A stretch of DNA of 64,000 nt from a bacterium (GTDB lineage Bacteria; UBA8248). A program made the position numbers and the translations under genes. The notes under the pieces were generated by a model. That model was not told where the DNA came from, made no database searches, and saw only the letters and a list, made by a program, of their open reading frames with translations. Shown piece after piece: positions 39,607 to 64,000 of this stretch (positions are counted from its first letter, which is position 1; every line of letters begins with the position of its first letter). The DNA lies in assembly GCA_965213685.1 (NCBI GenBank), contig CBDBZY010000064.1, forward strand, positions 1,571,322 to 1,635,321, read 5' to 3'.

Positions 39607-42269
39607 GATCTCTTGTGTATCTCGCCTGTGGTGAGGAAGACTTTGGCTTTTACGGCAATATCCACAGCGAACGCCCAATTATGGTAATGTGCACATTCGT
39701 GTGCGTTTTATGAAAGAAGAATCCCACATCCTCATCATACGCACTGTTGAATACTGACAACGGCCTCACTGCTACTAAATTTAGTAACTTACAGTACCTA
39801 GTACACGAAATTCGTGTTACGCGTAATCATTGTACTTGCAGTGTTTTAATAGGCAACTATCAATCCAAAGGCGTCGGACACAATACATCCCGAAACTGCA
39901 CTCGCTAAGATATCACACATGTACCATGACTGACATAGTACGCAACTACCGTGTTGCCTAAGAGTTGACTTTTAGCAGGACAAGAAAACGTTTGTATCTT
40001 TCATGTTATCGTATAGTATTACTAACTCCTGTCTATGATCAAGGTCCGCATCAACAGTCATTAAAATAATTATGGCGTAATAATAAGTAGCTAGCAGCTG
40101 TAAAAAGAGTAAAATGAAGTGCAACCAATGATGATTCTAAAACAAAGCAGGGAAAGTAAGAGCACAAATAAGCAGCACTTTCTGCATAACAGCCATATTA
40201 ATTCAAATCAGACCTTAACGCCAAGCATCAAAGGTATAAAAGCTGATTCTAGGAGGGAAGTGATACTGTACATTCTTGAACACATTTCATGACTTCATAT
40301 ACATTTATTCCTGTAGCAAAGCCTGAATTTACAACTGGGAGACTGCAAAGTCTTAAACCTGCAATGCTAGTGAAAAAGGGAGAACGACTGTAGTTCGCAG
40401 GACACGTCATGTGTGTACAGCCAGGTCTGTGGAACAATACACTTTGGTACAGCACTCCCACAACTGCATAGTGTATATGACTTCACTGTGGTTTTGGTTT
40501 CCTTGGTAACATTGTCCGCTAATGCATATGCTTTGTTCTCTTGGTTGAATCCTGTAAAGAGGTGCATTGAGAGGTCACCACACTCAAGCCCAAACCTTTT
40601 CCTGCATGCATGTACTCAACCCTACAAGGGTGGCATTAATTCCATCCAACATTCTCTCTTTCAAAAGGAATGAACACATCCCTTTTGTGTGTACATATGA
40701 AAGCCTTCCAAATTGTGCTGCTGAAGGGGCTGAAATACCCAATGTGAAATCTTTTTTAAATTGTATATGCAGCAGTAAGGGGTTTTCACTTGTACCATGA
40801 TGAGGGAAGGATCAAAGACGCCGCCACAGTGTATAATACCCATACACCCTAGGCAGCCAGAGTATATCCATGCAACGTAGGGTACATGGCTGCCATGGCA
40901 AACCTATTGTTCTAAGGCTGTCCTTGTCAAAGCTGTTACTGCCTCTAGACCTAACTGGCTGAGGTGTACAGCATAGGCTACTCTGGCAACCCTGATTTTC
41001 TTGTTATAGCTGTTCACTAAGTTTGTCGTCATAAACCACAATTAGAATGCATCATGGAACAAGGTAGCCTCGTTCCCAGGCCCTCTGCTCGAGCGAGTTA
41101 TGCGCAACCTTTGACCCCCGTGGCTTAGGATAGCATTTTACGAGTTCAAAGGTCACGCATCAACATCGCGCGCGTGGGAGAGCCTGGGTACGAGGCTAGG
41201 AACAAGGCAGTCGTACCGCGGGCTTCTGCGGATGTAGGGGTTTGTGGCTCCGCCCTTAGGAATACATAAAACAGCCCTCAGGGTACAAAACCCAGAAGCC
41301 CATGGTACAACTATTACACGTAACACTGTAAGGTAGTACGTGTATGTAGGGATTGGCCATGTCATTCAGCATCAACCTCGTCCTTTTTATTTTCACTTTC
41401 ACTATGCATTTTATTTCACATCTGAGAATCTTCAGGTAAAGAATACACCAAAAGGAAAAACTCATATCCAAACACAGTGAAAATTTATTTGTATATTGAA
41501 ATTCTTCTTATTCAGGTCGAAAAAACAAAACTCAATAACCGTACCAATGATTATGAAACTGCACATGTCAGTACATTGTCATTCGAGCTAGAATATAGGC
41601 ATATAATTGTTTCGTTAACCCCTTTTAGCCATTTTTTTTCCCGCGAGCGAACGGAAAAAGCAGAGGAAAACGGAAAAATGCGAAGAAAAAATACTTCCAA
41701 TTTTTCCCTTCGCATTTTTCCGTTTTTCTCCTTTTTTTGAATCCGTTATGCGCAGAGATCCTACGACCTTTGACCCTGACGTTTGCGCATAAGCACCACG
41801 TATTAATTAACGGTGCCTGCGACTTGTATTAAGAGCACACCTTCTTGCACAGGATAGGTAAGCTGTACACTACGCTGTGTATGTGAATGTCACTGGTTGG
41901 GATAAAGGGGCAGCTGAACGTCGTTATCCTGCTACTACAAAGATGATTGAACGATGGTGATCCTATACCTGCAATGTACTGTAGTTCTAGCAGGAGTAAG
42001 AAGCATAACACTTAGGTATGCTCGTGTAACTTTGAACATGTTCTCAATATTAAAGCTCGACTTGCATGTGTATGGATTGGTGAAGAGGACCATTTCTTAA
42101 GAGGGTGAATGATTTCCAGTTAAATGAGTGAGAAGGGACATTAGTCACATAGAACAGGTAGATAGGTTCAAAAATATGTTGCCAAAATTACCAGCTCAAG
42201 GTCTGCTCCCCACTGTGAAGGCTCCATCATGATAGCTTGTGAACAGGGATGTATTGCAGTTTTGAAATC

Positions 42270-42890
42270 ACAATGACCTAGGCAGGCCAGTGTGTTGACT
42301 GCTGAAGCACTCATCCCCCCAAGTGTCTCCAAAACCAGTGGGATAAAAAAGACACCAACTGCCTGGCAGGCGTCCCCATGAGCAGCTAGTTTCCTTGCTT
42401 GTCCAACCATCAGGGCATGACCTTGGGTGGAGGCAGCACCCTGAATGGTTGCCTGCTGCATGGTAGATACAACTGTCACGTCCAAAGCAGCAGGGCGACC
42501 CCCTTTCCAGCTGGGAAGGAAGACATCAGTAGGCCGACACTGGGAATTGAGGATCAATGATGGCATTTCCTTCCGTGGCGCAAGTGCTGCAGACTGAGCT
42601 GCTGAAAAAACTGCATCACGAAGGACATTGTGACGGAAAATACGATCCTCATTACCACCACAGCCCACTTGGTGGTCCCCATAAGGATCAGCAACCATGT
42701 GGCAGACCAGGCATTGGACTCCCTCCTCAAACATTTGGATCCCCAACCAGTACCAAAGGCACAATCGGAATTCACAGTCCAGCAGGTGAAGGCCCACTGT
42801 TGTGGAGGGGACCACATTCAACCAATCTCCAGCATGTGGGATGGCGGATGACAAGGCGAGGGCTCTGGAGCGGACATCAGGGGAACTATC
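42270..42890 (-). mobile_element. CRE-like RLE non-LTR retrotransposon fragment
   Basis: HAGDWLNVVPS..CLVC..DHQVGC..RHNVLRD..RPTDV..ALDVTVV..FIPLVLETLGG. Confidence 0.8.
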
Positions 42891-43046
42891 CAGCAGGAGG
42901 GAGAAAGGTCACAAACGATTACATATTATGAAAACATATTATGCAACGCAATAATTATACAGGGGCAAAAATGTGGCATACTGTACACCATAAAACAAAA
43001 TATAATACACAAAAATTTTCATATATAAAAGTTAGAATCAAATAGT

Positions 43047-43370
43047 TCAGAGCTGAGTAGAGACCTGTGACTTGGCAGTCACAAGGTCAACAGGTACAGA
43101 GGAAGGTTTTGGAAATCGTCCAGCCGAAGATCGAGCACCTCTGATAGCAAGAATGGAGGCACGAAGAAGAGAAAACGATAAGCGACAGCGAAGCCACCCC
43201 ATGGTGGTAGAATATGGTTGATTCCACTTTGAAGATAACATGGATGCTAGTCGCTTGTAGGTTGTTGTAGCAATTCGCCCAAGACCACTGATAACAGACA
43301 TGACCAGAGGAAAGAATGAGCTGTGTTCAATGTCCCTGATGCATTGCTCATATGCACGTTTCTTGATGCT
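43047..43370 (-). mobile_element. CRE-like RLE non-LTR 3' fragment
   Basis: YKRLASMLSSKWNQPYSTTMGWLRCRLSFSLLRASILAIRGAR. Confidence 0.75.
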
Positions 43371-44779
43371 ATGAAAATGGTACTGTACTGGCTTTGTAAG
43401 GATTCACAGAGAAACACACCCGTGTAAACATAGCCTAGGTTTTTATGGTGCTTTGTCCATGCATGCGCAAAATATTTCATTTATTTACAGATACTTCCCA
43501 GTAATCTTCCCCCCCCCCCCCCCTCCCTCGCCTCCCGCAGTTTGGCCACGAGTGAAATTCAGGACGAGGATCATCAGTCATACCACAATATTATGACAAT
43601 ATTTTGATAGAATTGCACTTACAATCTACCATTATTTTGGATCCTTGTTGTAGCAGACTTCATCGCTAAGCTGTTAGGTCCACAGGAAGAGGGTAATCAC
43701 TATCTTGTGACAGTTTTAATGTCAGAATTATGAGAATACAACACCATTCACAAAAAGTAATGCAATGAGGTGGGTGTGGCTAGTCTGGGTGTTCAAGCAC
43801 CCTGCGTGGGGAGGTAAGCTGCAGGTGCAAGAAGACGGCGACTGTCAGTGAGCTGGGACTCCGCGAAACTGACCAGAGTGCCTCTGAAGGAGAGGACAAA
43901 GTGTTGCCTGAAACTCTCCATCTGAGGAATAGTCACTAGAGAATGAACACACATCAAAGACAGCTGTGGGGAAGGAATGGTATGGAGTTAGGGAGCTATA
44001 CAAACCCACTCACCCATGACAGGCATTGCTGTGTGCAGCACCACCAGCTGTGGAAAGACAGGGATACTGCCACAGATAGAGGAGGGAGGAGGAGGTGGAG
44101 GGCGCTACTGATATGGCTCAACAGGTGCCTCACTCATGGACACGTACGTGCACCTGCTGCTGGTCAGATGCATGTCAGCTATTGCCTCATGGGTCTGTAA
44201 TCTTGAGGGAGAGAGGAGGAGGGAGTTGGAAGGAGAGAGTGCATGAAGAGAGAGGAAGAGGCTCAGTGCAGACTATAGTTGATATATATAGGGTTCAAGG
44301 TAACCTTTGGCTTATTATAATACACTGTCCCTAAAAGTCTCAGGTTTGCCACCTGTTAACAATCAATTGTTACATAATAATATACACAATGCAAAATATC
44401 TTTCAGGGAAAATAATTCTAGCTTGTCAGCGAACTCAAAACACTACCTACTACAACTACAGCTAATAGTATATACTTGGCTAATTAAAGATGTACACTAA
44501 AAGTCAGTCAGTCCTTTCTGGAGCACATCATCAGTGCGATGAGGTGAGATGCAGAGGTTGTGATCACACATACCCATATAATGACTGTACAGGAGGGGAA
44601 GGAAGTTATGATAGGCACTAATTAAGCAGGGCACAGGCAGGCTTGCATACCAGGCTAGCTTTGCATGTGCATGCAGCCCTCCCCTGCATGTGATTCCTCC
44701 ACACAGCATGGCCTGGATATGAGGCTAGCACACCCACACCCAAACCCACACCCACACACCCACACCCACACCCACACAT

Positions 44780-44914
<135 letters not shown>

Positions 44915-44949
44915 TACAGCACTTGAGTGCACAAGGAGTTCTGTACATA

Positions 44950-47043
44950 CTTCAGTACAGATGTCCTCATTGACAGCATCATCCTGCAGTAGCAGAGATA
45001 CTATATTTCAGAGGCATAGTAGAGCGCTGTCTTGTGGAACTGTACACATGGAGGAGAGATATGGAGGGACAAACCATGAATGTGATGAATGTGATGACAA
45101 CTATGAACACGTATATGCATGCTCACCTTGTCCTGGTAGTCACTATTGGCCTCTCCCTCCAGCAGCCTCTTGACTGTCTGTGTATGCCCATTCTCAGCAG
45201 CTTTTTTAAAAGGAGTGGACTTAGTCTTCTGTATGGGAAGATTGGGGTATGAAGGGCAGCTCAGCACCCACACTGCTGATTACTAGCAGGTGTGGCCCAC
45301 ATGCATAACATCATGTTGGCTATGTGCTATCAGCACTGCCAGGGATAGGACAGTGAACACACCAGAGCAGTGTGCATACTGTGGTGGCCAGGTTGGGGTC
45401 CGCTCCATTCTCTAGTAGAGTGTCCACCACCTCAGTGTGGCCCTGCTTGACTGGCCACATACAGTGGACTGGCACCATTCTGTGTACATGAAAACTCCTA
45501 TTTGGAGCACACTACATCATCCTAAAGGGACTACACAGAAAGGGACTACACGGGGCTAACAAAGGACTGCAGAGGACTAACATAACGGCTTAAAAATAGA
45601 CACTGCGATTGAAATGTCCACAAAAGTAGGATAAAAAGTTCAAAGAAAGTTAAAACCGCCATAGAAATGTTAGGATAAAAAGTTCCCAAAAAGTTAAAAC
45701 CGTGGTAGAAAAGTGGAATAAAAAGTTCACCATATAAATCTAAAAATATTAAAGAAAGATATAGGCACTGAAAGCACATGTACATGTACATGGTGGAGGG
45801 GGGAGAACTGTAAACATACACTCAGATATTTTACCTCTATCCATTCGACAGTATCCCACTGCTCATACCCAATGGAGCCACCAGTTCACATGTATAGCAA
45901 CATAGTTGAGACACAATAAACAAAGCAAGGCAACACAGCAACACCACCTGAGATGGCTCACTTTCTCTTTTTTTCAAAGAAAAAGTGAGCTGCCCCAGGT
46001 GGGATTCGAACCCACATCACTGTTTCTCTAGACCAGTGCTCTACCACTAAGCTACTGAGGCAGCTCAGTGGTTGTGGGTCGAATTAGGCAATACAAAACA
46101 AAGCAAGTGTCTCTAAACCACCTGATGAACGGGTGAAACTCTAACTTAGCATGTAGGAGAAGGCCGGGGTAATTAAACCATCAATGACACCTATCTCCAA
46201 CCTAAGTGGGTACATGATAAATTAAACAGTTGAGACACAATAAACAAAGCAAGGCAACACAACACCACCACCTGAGACGGCTCTGTATGTACATACGCAC
46301 ATAATACAGCACATTGTAAGACTCAACATCGCATAATGCTGAATGCATCACAATAAAGAAAGGAGTGGGAGAGGGAAAGAGGCTGGAAAGTATTGAGAAA
46401 AGAGGCAATGGATAGAGAGAGAGGAGACCAGGGAGAAGAGGAGGGAGAGCATTAATCTCACAGTATCTCATCTTGCAGATTGATGTCCACATAGGAAACA
46501 ATCGATATCAGCACTTAGAAAATGGCATCCATAAAATGCTTTGATGTTAAGGCAATAATGAGGTGATTTTTTTTGCTAAGTAAACCCAGGTCACTGACAG
46601 AATAGTTAGTAACCTTGTGCCATTTTCTAAGCAGGTTAGTAACCCAACCCTCATTTCTCAGGCTTTAGAATCCCACGTGTGTGTTTACATAGTCACCCTC
46701 AGCTTTGCCCTGGAGGTAACTATGTAAGTACACCCTGGGGATTCTATATAAATGCCTGAGAAACTCTTGTTGGGTTACTAACCTACACTTGGATAAGCTC
46801 AACATGGCCATGCTCTGAGGCAACATGGAGGGCAGTCTTGCCATCCTATATAGTAAAAATGTCATCAACACATGAATGACATCAACACCAACCAATGACA
46901 TCACCAACTAAATGAGGCATGTCAGATACACCTACATGTACCTTCACAGTCTGTGCATTGGCATTGACATGAACCCCAATCAGTTGCTGTGAGGCCTCAA
47001 CATCACCTGACTCAGCAGCTTCATGTAGTGGCGTCCATCCATC
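44950..47043 (-). pseudogene. Degenerate ankyrin-repeat exons (about one repeat per exon)
   Basis: DGWTPLHEAAESGDVE (47043-46942), DGKTALHVASEHGHVELIQV*, NGASPLYVASQ.GHTEVVDTLLENGADPN, TPFKKAAENGHTQTVKRLL, KTALYYASEI*; stops present. Confidence 0.75.
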
Positions 47044-48204
47044 CTGTACAGTGATTCGCAGATCTCACTGCCCCATCAAGGCATGCTTCTTCTTCTTTTT
47101 CTTCTTCTTCTTCTCTTCCTTTTAATTTCTTCTTTTTCTCCTCCTCTTCTTCCTCCTGCTTCTCCTTCTTCTTAAACCATTGTGGGCTGAGTCAGTGCAA
47201 TTCTGATAGTAATGAGTTCTCTGTAGAGGCGCAGGTTGTGGAGAAAGTCAATGGCAAATTTCTGAGTCACGTGATCCTCAATCCAAATCTGTTCCAGGAT
47301 GATTCATCTCATGATTGCTGTCATAAACATTACTTTATCTATTGTCTGAAAGGAGTTCCTAAAATGGCATTTTTATTCATTAGTAATATAGGAGGGGGAG
47401 GTAAGATACAACCTCCCTGGAAGCCCAGTCATATGTAGAGGTTATCACGTTTACATCTGGGACCAATATATCAGTAAGGTTTTGCCGCTTAACCTAGAAC
47501 CCCAGGACAAGTTTGCTGGTGCCATCACAAGAAGCAGTGTTGTTTGTCATCTCTTCAATCTGGTACCAGCAGTGTCAGTGTTTCTTAAAAGGTGTCAAGA
47601 AAAGACTACTAAATATTTTGAAGTGACAAGTGTGAAAGTCAAACATGGGCTACAAGCTAGAGATACCATGCACATATCATTTCTGGGGGTCTAAGGAAAT
47701 TTGTTGAGGCTCTTTGCAATGATTGACAATAAACTTTAAAGATTTTTGTATTCATGTACATCTATAGAATTATACAATGCAACTACATGCTATATGCAGT
47801 TCAGTCGGTGTGGCTACTCTGTCCGTTACACGTTGTTTTTATTACTGTGAGTGTGCAATTGGGGATGGGTTACTGTTCTGTTATGCAGAGTAGCAGAGTG
47901 TCACTACTCAGGGGTTTGTAATGTATTGAAGTCTATGAAGAAACAATTGGGGCTTTCAGAGTTGTCAGTTATCGTGGATGTCCACTGTAGAGGGGTGTCC
48001 ATTAACCGTCATTTCTACAAAACTGAGATACACAAAATTATTACCATAACATGTGGTACAAAACCATGGTATTACAAAACAAACTTTAAAAACCTAGTAT
48101 TTTACAAAATTAATGCTAAAATAATCCTATGTACAGCACCACTACTCATAGTCAAAAATCCTATGTTTCATTTCAAGGTATTCAGGGTTTTTAACAGTGA
48201 CATA

Positions 48205-63008
<14,804 letters not shown>

Positions 63009-64000
63009 GTTTACAAGCCTGTACGCTGGATGTGGCGGAGCTCACTCCGCCTTCGATCGGTACCAGGTACCCGGATCCGGGACGAGTCGACGTCGCGTCG
63101 GGGTCCGGGGCCGGCCGCGCCGCGGCCGGGTGCGACAACGTCACGTGAGAGGGTAAGAGCGACTTATGAATATATTAATAAGGCAAATTCGCGTACATTT
63201 CACCATTGACGGTTTTCCGACTGCTAGTCTCTGGCCGCTGGTGTTACTTGCTGCTCGCCTGAAAAGAACCCTCCTTGGTGGAGCCATCCGTCACGCACGC
63301 ACACACACACACACACACATGCACACGCACACACATGCATACACACAGACCTTCCACACGGAGCTCCTGGAAGTGCAAACTCAGCTGTACATGTACAATG
63401 TCACTACTACTCATGCGTGCCATGGGTACAATCATCTCCACCTATAAGTATTGTGTGTGTTAAAGGCAGCAAAGCTTTTGGCATTCAATAATTCATCTCC
63501 CGCTGATGTGACCATATTCTCAGTACTATAAATAGTGAGGGGGTGACTTGGATTTGTGTTAGCCAGGTGCTCCACACAGGTGGTGTTACTGTGGTGACAT
63601 TTCAACAATGACTGCACAAGCACCGCCTAGCATCATTTCTTCCTCCAAACCAAGAAAAATCTGTTGGAATGCTCCACCACAGCTGGACTAAGACATTACT
63701 TGACATTGAGGAATGTTCCATTAATCAGCATCTCATCAAACTGGCAAGTGTGTTGCACTTCATATGCACACATTGCCTTGTATTAAAATAATAACTCTAA
63801 TGACAAGGAAAATGCTGCTACATACATGTACATGTAATAGCCAATACACGCTATACAGTACAGTCTAGTGGTGTGTGAATAAGGAACAGGGCACTGCAAG
63901 TTCTGCATGATATTGTATAATTATGGTACGTCACACACACACATGCACACATACACAGATAGGATGGATGTGTAGAAAGTTCATGTATAATACAAACATG

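Noticed and set aside
40249-41050. Several short minus-strand ORFs with a coding-like look
   Set aside because: Could not be joined or assigned to any family

Overview
Repeat-rich, intron-containing animal genomic DNA; a demosponge is inferred from the short GT-AG introns, abundant death-fold exons and MITE types. Manual splicing of the minus strand reveals a cluster of death-fold genes built almost entirely from phase-1 exons. From right to left: (D) a death domain-CARD-caspase-like C14 protease gene; degenerate ankyrin exons; a 71-aa secreted Cys-rich peptide gene; a 3-exon calcineurin A regulatory fragment; (C) a CARD-subtilisin (S8) protease gene; a decayed second S8 exon; a plus-strand GBP-FN3-TM pseudogene; two tandem CARD-death domain adaptor genes (A, B); and an extra death-domain exon. 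The main finding is that genes C and D share a paralogous CARD exon, linker micro-exons and intron sequence but end in unrelated proteases (S8 serine versus C14 cysteine). This looks like an effector swap by exon shuffling that produced a cytosolic CARD-subtilisin. Mobile DNA includes RLE non-LTR retrotransposons in (CT)n tracts, tyrosine-recombinase and piggyBac remnants, MITEs, and a Helentron/HINE-like foldback family whose central spacer occurs in both orientations. All gene models are read by hand and need RNA-seq confirmation.
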